Assembly (NCBI RefSeq): GCF_006345805.1
Contig: NC_042999.1
Coordinates: forward strand, 91,140,001-91,204,000
From: Octopus sinensis
Taxonomy: Eukaryota
DNA length: 64,000 nucleotides
Reading direction: 5' to 3'
Shown: one piece after another, positions 13,336-26,919 of the stretch
How the letters are laid out: each line of letters opens with the position of its first letter
Numbering within the stretch: position 1 is the stretch's first letter
The notes under the pieces: generated by a model
Database searches by the model: none
Told to the model about the DNA's origin: nothing
What the model saw: the letters and a program-made list of their open reading frames with translations, nothing else
Translations under genes and position numbers: made by a program

Positions 13336-13934
13336 ACAATAACTACCGAGGCCACCCACGTGTCTCCAAATGTGATCAGTCTCCCTCACAAGTGTCTTCA
13401 AAGAAATTTCTACTCAAGACATCGTTATCCATTTTCTAATGAGCTTCGCTTGCTTCGTGTTGATTTTCATTATTACTTCGTTACAGCCTGCTCTTTTTCT
13501 ATATGGATAGTAAGAAGACTTCTGAGCAAGATTTTTCTCTCTCTTTTAAGTAGAAAAATAAAACAAAATATTAAGAAGTAATTTCTTTCTTTGCAATTAT
13601 TTTCCATACTGAATTTAATGTTCAGGGTTAGCAGTTTTGGCTCCTCTGATTTGTAAAACTGTTCTTTCGTGTGGTCTTAAATTTAAACTGAAAAATGTAC
13701 GAAATGTTGTAAACATCTCTTACGTTTGGAAAAAAAAATAAATGAAGCTGATATTAAATTGAATTTTGAAAATAACTACAGAAGATACGATATATATAAA
13801 AACATCACTAAGAAGAGAAAGAGTGTTTCGTAAGGTTTATTCCTCTTGCAGAGGGAAAGGCAAAATCACAGTATCAGATCTTATGCAGACTTGTTTATAA
13901 TAACAACAACAATAACAACAACAAAAACAACAAC

Positions 13935-14012
<78 letters not shown>
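13935..14012. repeat. (ATT)n microsatellite
   Basis: Directly visible, preceded by (AAC)n. Confidence 0.95.
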
Positions 14013-14014
<2 letters not shown>

Positions 14015-14097
14015 GGCGCTTTAACAGTACATTAATATAAAGTTGGATATAAAGATTCCATCACTAAAATTTAATATGCATACATACTTACATATAT

Positions 14098-14172
<75 letters not shown>

Positions 14173-17100
14173 TGTGTGTGTATGTATGTATGCATGCATA
14201 AGTATATTGATATAAAATGAGCTAAGAGAAACATCTGAAAGTCGCCAGTGACATATATTTGAGCAATGCAGAAGAATCAGGAGATAATATATGCGTACGT
14301 AGGGGAAACGAACACACGCGTGCAGTTGCGAGCATATGTATGTTCCTGTATGTGCAAGCAATTGTAAATTTTGACAAATGTACAAATACACACGCGTGCG
14401 TATCTCCTTACACACAGAAGCGCACACACACATGAATCACTTATAAGGTATATATTTGCGCATTCTACTTCAGATTCTTTATGTTGTTATAGAAAGAGTT
14501 ATAAAATTCCAGATTCATATTATTGATGTGTTCCAACCCATTGACCATTCTTGCAAAGTATTCATATCGTAACATTACTAAAGGAATGTAAGTAATTTTT
14601 TTATAACCTAGTTTGGTTTTGGCTCTTAAAGATAAATATTGATGAGTAAAATAAGAATTAACGAAACTGTTCCCATGCTTTCATTTTGTAGTATAGTTTA
14701 GTGTCTTTGTATATTGAATGCTGGATTTTAGATATAAATTCAGATTGACAGATATCGTATTTTATGATAGAAATAACGATATAAAGCTGAATTGATAGTG
14801 AATATATTGGTTTTATCAAATCGAGTGGCCCAATTAGCTTCTGTTTGCAGGTAAATAGAAACTGTAAGAAGGCGTGCGGTGCTAACTTGTCTAATTTAAT
14901 GATTTTGTTTGTGAGATATATGAGATATATAAATTCTATGATAATAAAAAAAGACATAAACCCCATTGACAGTTTATTCCCCATTGAGTCTATTAGACTT
15001 TCTAAAATATATTTTATCATTCTGTAATTGATAAGTAAAATAATATTAGCCGTAGGGAAACTCGCGATTTTTTAGACGAGTTCCTCTCGACTATATGTAA
15101 CATACATCAAAGTCAATATTAAAAGTTTTTTTTTTGCCTTCAGTTGTTATTGTTGGTTAAACGCAGGTGAGACGTGGTTGAGCAGAGCTACGTTCAAAAG
15201 TGTTCCAGTCATGAGTACCCTTTTATATTAGAGTACGTCTAAAATAATCAATACGTCCTTCACTTTCTCCAAGAAAGTAGGGTGTGATTTGAGAGAAATA
15301 TGCTTGCTAATTTCAGCACTTCAAGTGACCAAGTAGAGTTTCTTTACTCGATTATGATATTTTCTATTGTTTGTGATGGTAAATGTTTCCTTGTGAGATT
15401 TGTTTTCTCTTTTGTATAATATATTCAAAAATTTACCTTCGTCTCCTCTGCCAACTTCTACCTTCCTTACAGGTCATAACCAAAAATAATTATGTATATT
15501 CCATAGTAGAAACACAGAAGAAATAATTTTATACTTATATATCAGGAAGATAAGCATGTTGGTCTTGAATGATTATTAATATATTGTATGAAATTAATTG
15601 CAAGTAATGGAACACATAAATTTCACTAAGCATATAAAATATATCTATAAAAACCAACTTATACATTTATATTTATGTCACTGCTGTACATAAGGACATG
15701 GAAGTCAATCGCCTCCAGGGCCTTTACCTGAAGGAACATTTTAAGTGCAAACTTTATTAGCAAAACCACGTCACGCTGGGCACTAAATGACATTCGCGAA
15801 TTGACCGAGCGCACAATGTTCCTAAATGTCAGCAATATTCTTCCTCGGTCACGAGTGCACGGCCATCATGTGTATACGTATGCATTTTTTTATTGTGTGT
15901 ATATATGTATGTTCATGTATAGGATTGCAAGTTCATATATATATATATATACATATATATATACATATATCTTTTCCTCTATCTCTTAATATATCATATA
16001 TACGTACATACATATACACATGTGTAAATATAATCCGAGATTTAGTTTTGTCTTTGCTCGACAAGAAGCCTAAATTATTGCTATAGTAATGAACTTATAA
16101 CCATAATTTTTAATGTGTTGAAGGTGGAAATCTAATTATTTAATACTATTACTATGGTTTATATTGTTTATCTCCGATTTTGGCCAGAACTGAGGATAAC
16201 TCGAAACAAGCTTCTCTGATTTTAGATCTCGTTAGCGAAGAATAGTTTGTTCATCACTGGCAAATTAATAAGACACTCTACCTTGTTATACAATAGCGTA
16301 TAGGAATAAATGTCACAAGGCATCGTAATCATGGCCGGTATTATACAACGACGCCATCGATGCCAAAAATAGATCAAGTACTTCTTATGAAACTGAAGGT
16401 GGTCAGGAATAAAACTAATAAATATAATACTTAATCGGTAAGGATAATTAAATGAATATTAGTTTAATGTTCAATGGCAGATGTTGATTTAATCTAATAT
16501 CAGCCATTATGGCCGACAATTCCAGACGTTTTTGTTATTATGAGACTTCTTCAGTGAAGCGTAACCCTGTCCGTACTTTCTATGTTATTGATAAAAGAAT
16601 CACTATGTCTCACTATATCGGTGAATAATGTACAGGATGCAGTATTAAAAACAACATACAATATATTCTTTTTAGCAACTGTATATCCTTTAGTTTGTTT
16701 TAGACAGCTCACTGTAGTGCAGTCTTTAAATGTGTTTCGTCAGAAATACAATTTTGAGATTAGCAAGTCTACGCAAGTACAATTACACTACATCCGCTTC
16801 ATAAAACATGAAATAATATAAAGAAGTTCAAACACATACAAAAGAATTATATGTGCGCGCACACAGTTGTTCACACGTATATAGTACGTATGAAGACATA
16901 TATATCTGTACGAATATAACCACTTTTACTAGCTAAACGGTTAACAGCGACTTCGATGTATCGTTGTATAGTGGCTTTCTCAGTCCTGGAATATTTTATG
17001 TATTATTTTACATATGAAGCCACACATCAATATATTCATAAGCGAGTGTCTTTGAATATATATTTATAAATATTCATACAATCGTATACACATCATATAT

Positions 17101-17184
17101 ACATATATATATATACAAATATATATATATATATATATGCATAGTTATATATATACACATATACATACATAGATACACACACAC

Positions 17185-17230
<46 letters not shown>

Positions 17231-17317
17231 TGTGTGTGTGTGTGCATGTGTGTGTGTGTGTATTGATAGGTATATAGATAGATAGACAGACAGACAGATA
17301 TAGATATATATAATGTG

Positions 17318-17635
17318 AATGTGCATGGCTCATTGGCTAAGGAAATCAGGCTTACAATCATGAGGTAATGAGTTCGATTACCGGCCTGGGCCGTATGTTG
17401 TGTTCTTGAGCAAGACACTTTATTTCACGCTGTTCCAGTTCACTTAGCTGTATAAATAAGTTGCGACGTCACTGGTGCCAAGCTGTATCGGCCTTTGCCT
17501 ATCTCTTGGATAACATCAGCGGCGTGGAGAGGGGAGGCTGGTATGCATGCGCGACTGCTGGTCTTCCATAAACAACCCTGCCCGGATTTGTGCATCGGAG
17601 GGAAACTTTCTTGATGCAATCGCATGGTCATCCAT
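17318..17635 (+). mobile_element. tRNA-derived SINE, family A
   Basis: TGGCTCATTGG A-box, GAGTTCGATTACC B-box, TTGAGCAAGACACTTTA core. Homologous to 1459-1787. Confidence 0.85.
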
Positions 17636-18434
17636 ATATATATATATATACATACATACATACATACATACATAAATACACATACATAAATACGCGCACA
17701 CATGCACACACAAGCACACATATATCACCGGATTCAATGTTAAATGACTTAATCAATGCACAGTAAAATGTAAATGTATATACACGTTATACACTGAGAC
17801 TTCGTTCGGTCCTACGTGATATATGGCTATGTATGCGGATGTGATAGTAAATTTAGATAAATACACGCATTTTGCAGCTTGCCTAATTAAATCCTGGTAA
17901 TTAAACCTTAATATAGAATAAAGCGTTCATATGGAAATATATTTATGGATGTCTTGCAGCAAGAAAGTCTAAAATGTAATTGGTTTCTAAACTAACGACA
18001 AATGCCAGCGCACCTTCTTTGGATAGCAACACAAGAGTTGCTTAGATACGACAATTACGTCATTTTAAAACTGGGACGAAATAGAAGATGGATTCATATG
18101 TGTCAGGTAACTTAATGAGTTTCCGTCGTGATCTAATGAAAATATAATTGATAACTATATGTATAATTAACAGCTCGACTGTTTTGACTCATGCTTATGC
18201 GTTTGTCTGTTTGTCTCTGTCGACTGGTATGTTTGTGTGCGCGAGCACGTATGTGTGTGTATGTGTTAGAGAGAAAAGAATGTGGATCACAATATCTATT
18301 TTAACAAAAAAAATCAGTAGCAAGGATAAATACTATTATCTCACTGCATGATTTATTAAACACAATTCTAGCAGTCTATCTATGGTGTTTTATCAACTTG
18401 CAAATATCTTTACAAACTGCTATCTTGATCCTTT

Positions 18435-18613
18435 TGGTGCCGAGGTGGGATAGTCGGTTACATTGAATCTAGTGTTCAACTGGTACTATTTTATTGACCC
18501 CGAAAGTATGAAAGGCAAAGTCAGCATCGGCAGAATTTGAAGTTAGATTGTAAAGACAGACGAAATGCCGCTAAGCATTTTGTTTGTCATGGTAACGATT
18601 CTGCCAGCTCGCT
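18435..18613 (-). mobile_element. tRNA-derived SINE, family C
   Basis: Reverse complement of the GGCGAGCTGGCAGAA...GCTTAGCGG...TTCAAATTCCGCCG...GACTTTGCCTTTCAT unit seen at 63117 and 56997. Confidence 0.85.
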
Positions 18614-18799
18614 GTTTTATCTTGATCGTTTTTAATAGGTCGTCATGTATGACATTTGTAGTAAGGTATATGGTAAACTGACAGCTGCTCATTTTCCGCC
18701 GTTATTATATTTTGACAATATGTTTTGTTAAAAAGCTGACACATCTATTTCTTTATCTATCTCATTTTGTGCTTTATAAAGTATTTATACATCGTTTTG

Positions 18800-19829
18800 C
18801 GCTATTTTTGTTTAGAGTCGGAAATTCGTACACTTGTGAAATATGAGTTCTTTCTTGGAAATACAACATCACAGACATCCCGGAATATTAATGGAGTATT
18901 TCGTTCTAATGTTATTACACAGCAGGCAGTATTGGTTTTCAAAATTTCGTTCTGGTAAATTTGACCTCACTAATGAGCAGTGCGGTTGACCAGAAACAAA
19001 GGTGGATAATGACGAACCGAAAGCCACCGTCGAGTCAAATCCATCTCAAAGTGCTCGTGAAATATCGTTGTTGTTTGGTGTTAACAAGCAAACAATATTG
19101 ACTCACCTAGTACAAATCAGTAAAGTGAAAAGTTGGATAAGTGGATTCCACATGTACTGAATGAAAATCAGAAACAGCAACGTTTGGAAGACTGCATTGT
19201 GCTACTTTCTCGTCATAAAAATGAAGCATTTTTGAATCGAATTGTAGTTTGTGATGAGAAATGGATCCAATACAACAACTGTAAACGTTCAGCACAATGA
19301 TCGGACAAAGACGAGCCACCAAAACACAGTCCAAAAAATCAAAATTCATCAAAAGAAGCTGATAGTGTGTGTTTGATGGTCTGGCGCAGGGGTGATCCAT
19401 TATGATTTCATAAAAGCTGGCTCATCAATCAAGGCCGAAGTATACTGCATCCAACTGGACTAAATGATGCAGAAACTTATAAAAAACATAAAAAAGCAGC
19501 CTAGATTTGTCAACAGATCCACTCCAATTTTATTGCAAGACAACGGCAGACAACACATCGCAAAAAGGACATTGGCGAAACTACAGGAGTTGGATTTGGA
19601 AGTTCTCCATCATCCACCATACTCACCTGATCTTGATCCCATTGACTACCACTTCTTCCAGAACTTGGATAACATTTTGATAGGAAAAAATTCCGACGAT
19701 GCTGTAAAACAGGCCTTCCAAGATTTTATTGATTCTAGATTGTCAAGCTTTTACAGTTCCGGGCTGGACAAGCTGCCGCTGCACTGGCAAAATTGTATTG
19801 ACAATATGGGTGCATACTTTAATGAATAA
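18800..19829 (+). mobile_element. Degenerate mariner (D,D34D) transposase
   Basis: Frameshifted translation: SEIRTLVKYEF (HTH), WIPHVL, CDEKW, LLQDNGRQH, HPPYSPDLDPIDYHFF, ending KLPLHWQNCIDNMGAYFNE. Several in-frame stops. Confidence 0.93.
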
Positions 19830-20158
19830 AACTATTCCTTGTATTTATGAAATATTAGCAAACTTTACTTTCTTTCCTATAATATATAGATAATAGATGA
19901 TTAGAGAACGAATAACATTTTCATTCGATGTAGGGTGAATATCATATATACTAACGTGTGCAGCGCCCTAAAATACATGAACACATACTTATCTCTTTAA
20001 TTTTCTCTCTTTCACTCCCGTCTCTTTCCTCTCTCTTTCTCTCTTCCTCACACACACTCTCTCTCCCCCTATTCCTGTACATACATATGCACACTTACAA
20101 CACACACGCAACACACACACATACACATAGTTTCATACATATTTGCATGTATACATAC

Positions 20159-20211
<53 letters not shown>

Positions 20212-21709
20212 TTATTTATAGGTCGGAGAAGATGACTAGCAGTTTCCACCTTATGACATTCAATAATTGATTAATTATATTTCAAGTTTTCTTGTTGTTG
20301 GTGTTTCTACTGTTTAGCTACAAGCCATCTTGATCAAGCAAGCATACCAATGAGTAACAAAATTCCGCAGATAAACATTCCGTTACCTTTTCAGATGTAG
20401 CATATCGCGTGTCCATCATTTTTTTGTGGTGGTATTATATGATTTGGTGATTATATTTAGCACATAGATGGTCCTCATTTGTGCACAGGACTACGAGTTT
20501 ATGTTTATGCATTTCTATTTTAATTTATGACAATTGACATCTCATTTGCAACCTTTATTTACATAATTTTGTGCGAGATTTGGCAAAACCTTTTGTTCAA
20601 AAATATGGCTGAAAAAATCAGAAATCGCAGCATTCAATAACAAACCAGTTTCTTATCTTGAGTCTTTCGATTAATAGGGTGACTTACCATGCTTTACTTC
20701 ATTTGAGTAACACCAAATATTTGGATAGGATCTTTTACTGTATGTCCATCCTGCTTTCGATTTACACCATTTAATGTTCAATTTAATCCTACTGTATTTG
20801 ATAACAGCGTATTACTACCAGCATTATACTGAGTTTTATTTGATCAAATTTTGTTCTATCTCTCACGTACAAAAGCTTTTATTTACTGGCAAAGCATCTT
20901 AACTTTACTGATTCTGTGCGATATTCACTTCTTTTTACTTAATCCACAGTCGTACGTGAGGAATGTGGGGATATCAGGAATTGAATTACCTTAACTTGTG
21001 AATTCGATTCCTCCTGCTTAAGTAAAGAAATTGCTTTACAGCTTTAGAAATATGCATCAGTCAACTTGACTTCAAACAATTAGATATGAAGTTCGTCTGG
21101 GTAGCGAGTTAGGTCACGTATTTTAGACAAAATATCTAACTTTCATTGCACGAATGTTCATATTCTGTTAAGAACAAAAAGCAATAAACAAAAACATGTA
21201 TATGCATTATTGTAACAAACATGAATTCGAAATATCATATACTAGAGAAATACTTTCCCAAAAGAATAAAAATTGATGAAATGTGTTACAATAATGTAGC
21301 TGGAAGCTTTCGCTTTTCAGTATAACGCTCGTTACTACAGTTTTGAACCTCTAGCCATTTAGTAAAAGTATTCTATTCCTGGGTGTGTGGAAATCACATA
21401 CAACAGCTATAGAATTGCACCTTTTTTATCGATATTATATTTTATTCTATATTATCATTTGTAAAAGGTCTCTAAAGGCAACCAAATAATGGCTATATCA
21501 GAAGAACATAGCTACAATCCTATGCATTTACATATTTTCACTTCAGCAAAAACAGTATAAATTACATCAATAATAATGGTTTTTCTTGCTTACAACAGAG
21601 TGGCCATTGCTGGACAATGCGAAGCCGGAATATAGTTCAGAACTTTTACAAGTTAGTTAGAAGAAATACATATACATGCAATAAAAGGAAAATACAAATT
21701 GCTATAGTT

Positions 21710-21915
21710 TATCCTTTGCTCCTGTCAGTCATCGAACTGTAACCATGCTGGGGTACTCCTTGAAGGTGTTTTTTAATCGAACAGATTGACTCCCGTACTG
21801 ATTGTTAAGTCCGCTACTTACTATATCGCATTGTTTCTCGAACCGCTTGGTTAAAGAAACATAAACAAACCAACACTTGTTCAGTGATGGAGAGGGAAAA
21901 CATACACACAAAGGC
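21710..21915 (-). mobile_element. SINE family B, diverged 3' part
   Basis: CAGTCATCGAACTGTAACCATGCTGGGG...CGAACCGCTTGGTT resembles 11270-11475. Confidence 0.7.
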
Positions 21916-22016
21916 AAGCACACACATACACATACACACGCACGCACACGCAAACACACGCACATACACAGACGCACAAGCACTCACAGATATTATACAT
22001 ATATACAGATGTATAC

Positions 22017-22051
<35 letters not shown>

Positions 22052-22055
22052 CATT

Positions 22056-22120
<65 letters not shown>

Positions 22121-22243
22121 GAGAGGTAATTAATAAATTATTATTTATTAATTGAATTGAAAAATTGACAAACATCCCTTAAGGATGTTTGTCAATTTAT
22201 TAGACTTTTTAATTAATAAATAATAATTTATTAATTACCTCTC
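22121..22243. repeat. 123-bp nested perfect inverted repeat (mini-foldback)
   Basis: 33-bp perfect arms at 22121-22153 and 22211-22243. Inner 16-bp perfect arms at 22162-22177 and 22183-22198 around CTTAA. Confidence 0.95.
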
Positions 22244-22376
22244 CATTTTCTCATATTAAAATAAATAAACATATACAAACCACGGTTTATATAGTTACCT
22301 TGCAGTTGAATATTGAATGTAATGTTCAATATTCTTTGAATAGGTATCTAACCTAGTACTTTCATAAGATGTTGTT

Positions 22377-22815
22377 AGGATCTTTACTGTGTGAACGGCA
22401 GTTTTCTAGCGGTGTCATATGAAATTGTCACCCATAGTTATGATCCTAGTATCGAGCTATTGCATTTCAATCTGTTTTAGGGTTAAGTATAGTTAGGGTT
22501 AGTTAGGGTTAGGGTTAGGGTGGGGGAAGAGTATCTTTTTTCTTCACAAATGTAAATAAACCCAATCTGTTTCTTAAACGAGGGACATATTCATACGTCA
22601 CAGAATGTTTTTTACCTCAATAGACGTCACTGATTGGTTGACATTGCAGAAATTGAAGAAAAAAACAACAAATATCTTACAAACTATAGAATTTTCTCAA
22701 TAAAGCCAAGAGAAAAAGATGTTTTATAAACACATTCTGCCAGTATACGAAGTTTAAAAGTGTTTAGTTACGTAGAAATTATTTTAGAAAACTGCCGTTG
22801 AAACCCAAAAGATCA
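22377..22815. mobile_element. MITE with ~30-bp TIRs and internal TTAGGG repeats
   Basis: AGGATCTTT..GAACGGCAGTTTTCTA at the left and TAGAAAACTGCCGTT..AAAAGATC at the right. (TTAGGG)-like array at about 22484-22526. Confidence 0.75.
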
Positions 22816-23429
22816 TTTTGCCATACCTTAATGAGGTTTGCAACTTTGAATTATGCTTATAAATATGTAGTGGCTTCATGCAGGCATAACATGGATCCGA
22901 TCATCGATCGCCAAATTTCACTTAACAGGACTTTTCTCACGGTAAAACAATAGGTTTTCTGTACGATGCCTTCACAAATCTGACTAATGTCTTTGCCACT
23001 TGACCCTTCTAACCTCTGCTAAGCCATAACAGACCCCCAGCGAAATTTATTGTTCTCAACAATGTCTCTCTTTCATCCCCACGCCACACACAACCTATGA
23101 CACAATAAGATCCCCATAAACTGATAATTATATGAAACTAATACAATACACAGATAAATAAATAGAATTAAATAATTATATATATAAACAAAATAAAATA
23201 AATCAAATTGAAGTAAATTAAATAAACATCAATAATTTGGGGATACTGATAATACAGGTATCATACACATTCCCATACACACACATACTAAACATAGGCA
23301 TACAGGGATATACGCATGCGCAAATAAAGACACACAGGATTATACGCATGCGCAAATAAAGGCACATACAAAATACAAAATTGCAGACCGTTGGTAAGAG
23401 AAGACACAAAACAGAAAGAAGAAAGCAAA

Positions 23430-23474
23430 GGACCACTGATGAGGTCTTAGAAGTGTGACGAAAGTACTCTGGCC
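23430..23474 (+). ncRNA. Minimal type I hammerhead ribozyme (Penelope-type terminal-repeat remnant)
   Basis: GGACCA-CTGATGA-G-GTC[TTAGAAGTGT]GAC-GAAA-GTACT-C-TGGCC. All core nucleotides are present, with stem II GTC/GAC, palindromic stem III AGTACT, a CUC cleavage triplet (after C23469) and stem I CCA/TGG extended by GG/CC. Confidence 0.8.
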
Positions 23475-23575
23475 GAAATACAATTAAAATAATATAAAGC
23501 TGAGTGAACACTAAATATAATGTGCGTGTGTTTTCATTGGCTAAATGGCAACATGACCATCCCCAAATACAACAG

Positions 23576-23635
<60 letters not shown>

Positions 23636-23641
23636 TATATA

Positions 23642-24447
23642 TACTAGGTCTGATGAATAAGTATCCAGACTGTTGTTCCCATAGTAACGAAGCTAAAGCA
23701 CGCAGAATCAAGCCGCTTGATACAGATTGACCTTGGAATCTGATGTGCGTGCGCACTAAGTTTTAACATTCTAGCTCACATCTACTGCTTATAGCAGTAC
23801 ATGGAAAGAACGTGTGTAGCATGTGATCGTCGCATTGACCATGAAAAAGTTGCCATGGCGATACCTGCTCAGAGTTCTACAGAAAGAGGAGTATATGAGC
23901 TGCACAAAAGTTTACGAGTGGTTCAGATGTTTCGAAGATGGTCGAAAAATGTGACAAACATTCTGGAAGACCAGTAACCGGCAGAACTGAGAAAGAAATT
24001 GTAGTTGTGCGTGCAGCTCTGACGGAAATCGTCGAATAACCATCCGTGAGTTATCAGAGGATGTGTAGATTAGTTACGGTTCAGTCCAGTTCATTGTCAC
24101 TGAAGATTTGGGTATAAGCCGTGTGTCCGCCAAGTTTGTGCGAAAACTGCTTTCAACTGACAAACAAGACACTCGGGTTTCAGTTGCATAAGATCTTGAT
24201 TGTGTTGAGAACGATAAAAACTTCTTTGAAAACTTTGCTTAGGCTTCTGAACAGGTATCACCAAACTTTTGGTAAAAACTGATGCAGATTCTCTGCTCAG
24301 CTTTCTCTGTCATAGTCAGTGCGACGATCACACGCTACACGCGTTCTTCCCAAGCATTGCTGTATACAGCAGATGTGAACTAGAACGTTAAAACTTAGTG
24401 CACACGCGCAGCAAAGTCTAGGGTCAATTTGTGACAAGCAGCTTTAC
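23642..24447 (+). mobile_element. Non-autonomous mariner derivative with two inward-facing 5' ends
   Basis: Left TIR-like TACTAGGTCTGATGAATAAGTATCCAGAC, then a degenerate N-terminal transposase (VYEWFRCF, HSGRP, ITIRELSEDV, RVSAKFV). About 24230-24447 is an inverted copy of the 5' end (MTEKAEQRICISFYQKFGDT on the minus strand). Confidence 0.8.
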
Positions 24448-25699
24448 AGTTTTGTTTAGATAGTGTGTCTATGAGGTACGTGTCTATGGGTCGGCTTTAT
24501 CGGAAAATGGAAATTCTTAGCTATTTCTGCTTTAAGCTGCTGAAAATATTCGTATAAATTATTTTGTAGTCTCTACTGTTCATATCAGCTTCCTTGACAC
24601 TGACAGCAATACTTCTAACATATATCGTTTACAAGAACCACATTAACCAAGAACTTTTGACCGTTCACTCATCAATTAAATATCTGTAAATAAAATTGAC
24701 CAATAACAAACACTAATTTTAGTGTTTTTCATCTAATTTTTTATCTCTTTCCCTCAAACAAATATTATGTAGCAGAAATATCGTTCTTTTTTTGTCTCTG
24801 TTATTTATATAAAATATTGAGCATCTCTTATGTATAATTTAATATAAGGCATATGTTATTTATTGTAACATGTTGTTACTATGTAATACATATCAATTTG
24901 CTGCACATGTTTTGGTTTTTCGGTTGTTTATTTATGTTCAAAGTTATCGTACTTATTCTGTGTTTATTGGGTAAGTATCAGTAATAAAAATACGAAATAC
25001 AGACGCAGCATGACTAAAATCTCCCATAATTCATATTATGTAACTATGTTTTTGATTTTATTTCACTTACATTTTTAAAGTTTTGTTTTAGTTAAGTCCG
25101 TTGTGCCGCTCTAATTTATAACTCTAGAAACTTTTGCTCTTGTAAACATCATTGAATACTTCTCTACTTTAAAATGTGGTTGAACAAGACTCGGCGATGG
25201 TTGCAAATTTAAGAAATTTCTTTGAATCTCACTGTGCACCATACACTGAATAAGTATCTTCTGCCACAGCTTCCAGTTTACCAATGTTTTGAATGCAATA
25301 TGTCAAATGGAAACTATGCACACTCGCATCATTTGTGTATATTTGTAGGGACCTGATACTCTAATCGAAATGTGACTCCAAGCTAACACATTCACCACAG
25401 TAATGCTGGCCCAGTCTTTTCACGAAGACACAAAAACAAAAACAACAACAACAACAAAACCCACAACAAATGAGGAAACGACAACCCTAGTGCAATACAC
25501 ATCCAGTCAAAATTTGCTCCCTAAGCAAGAAAATTCTTACAAAAAACCTTTTAGCCATCACTCAATACCATCCTATGCTATTACCCCAGTGCACCAGCTC
25601 CACACATTGCTGTCACTAACAACCAATCAGAAGAAAACCCTGCATCAGTCAAAACCCACTACTACACTAGCCTCTACCCAATGCACATGGGTTCGGATT

Positions 25700-26885
25700 C
25701 TCCGTCAATGCACAAAAATGTAAGATCCAATTCATTAAGGATTGAGTTGGTAACCATCCACACTACATCCCTTTCTTCATTCTTACCGAGACCCATCTTG
25801 ACAAGACCCACTTGGAAGCCGAAGTGAAAGTGAGGAATTTCGCAAACATTCGCACAGATCGACAGAAGGAATGGTGGAACTGGCATTTCTTTGCATGATT
25901 TCTTTTCGGCAGATGGAAATACGATATTCTCCAATGGCTATTGTCAATCGGTCAGCCTACAAAACAAAAATATTGACCTGATAGTTGTTGGGTTGTATAT
26001 GTCTCCTAAAACGTCCGTACTGTGCTTTAAAGAATGCCTTAACGGCATTAAGTGCTTTATTCAACAGTGCCATCCTAATAACATAAGTATGATGGGAGAT
26101 TTTAATCTGCCCTGTGTTGATCGGTTTACAAACAGCGTGAAACCAGGCACTCCCACTTCAACTGCTGACAAAGAAGCAGTAGAGTCACTTCAGGACTTTA
26201 TGAATGAGTTTTTCTTGTTCCAACTTGTCCTTGCACCAACAAGATATCAGATCATTTTAGACCTTGTGGTTAGTATCCACGCTAACACTATACATAATAT
26301 AAGAGTGGGAAAAATCCTTCTTTCATGACATGGTTCTCTGTAACATGTTGATTCTACCAGCCGAAAGCTAACCCTCTCTCCAGCCCAACCATTTGATAAC
26401 ATGGATCTCTATAATGACAATTGCCATGCAATCATGAACGCGCTATCACATGTTGACTGGTCTTTCACACATGCACACATCTCCTCCAGCATCAAAATAT
26501 CTTGGCAAATCTTTGTAGACACTGTCACACACATATGCGCAAAACACACCCCACCAAGACCTGTGAACAAACCTAAGTGCAGAATTCCCCAAAACAGAAA
26601 ACTTATTATCAGAAAAATAAAAAGAACAGGCATAAAAATTAACAAACTAAAATACTGTCAACAGCCACACATACATTCGACGGCTATCGCCATGCTCGAA
26701 TCAGAAAAATATGATCGCCAACAATAAATGGAGAATATCATCAATAATCAAAGAACAGGAGAAAGGGACCGTTAAGAAAGTCAGAGTGTTCTCTTTTGTG
26801 AAAAAACACAAGGTCACTGTCTCCGCTGTTGATCTTCAGATTGATGAAAATGGCACTCTCCAAGATAATGCCAAAGCCATAGTAC
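25700..26885 (+). mobile_element. Degenerate LINE ORF2 N-terminus with AP endonuclease (CR1/L2/Jockey-like)
   Basis: LTETHLD, VGLYMSP, MMGDFNLP, PTRYQIILDLV, S*H, then NALSHVDWSF and FSFVKK linker motifs. Breaks off before the RT domain. Confidence 0.85.
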
Positions 26886-26919
26886 TGTTCTGTTTTCAGC
26901 AATCCTGATATGGCCGAAT

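Noticed and set aside
16185-16222. CTGAGGA-TAACTC-GAAAC hammerhead-like word
   Set aside because: Stem II cannot form once the core is assigned, and there is no proper stem III or NUH site. At most a decayed remnant.
22484-22526. Telomere or chromosome-fusion site
   Set aside because: Only a few degenerate TTAGGG units, enclosed within MITE TIRs.
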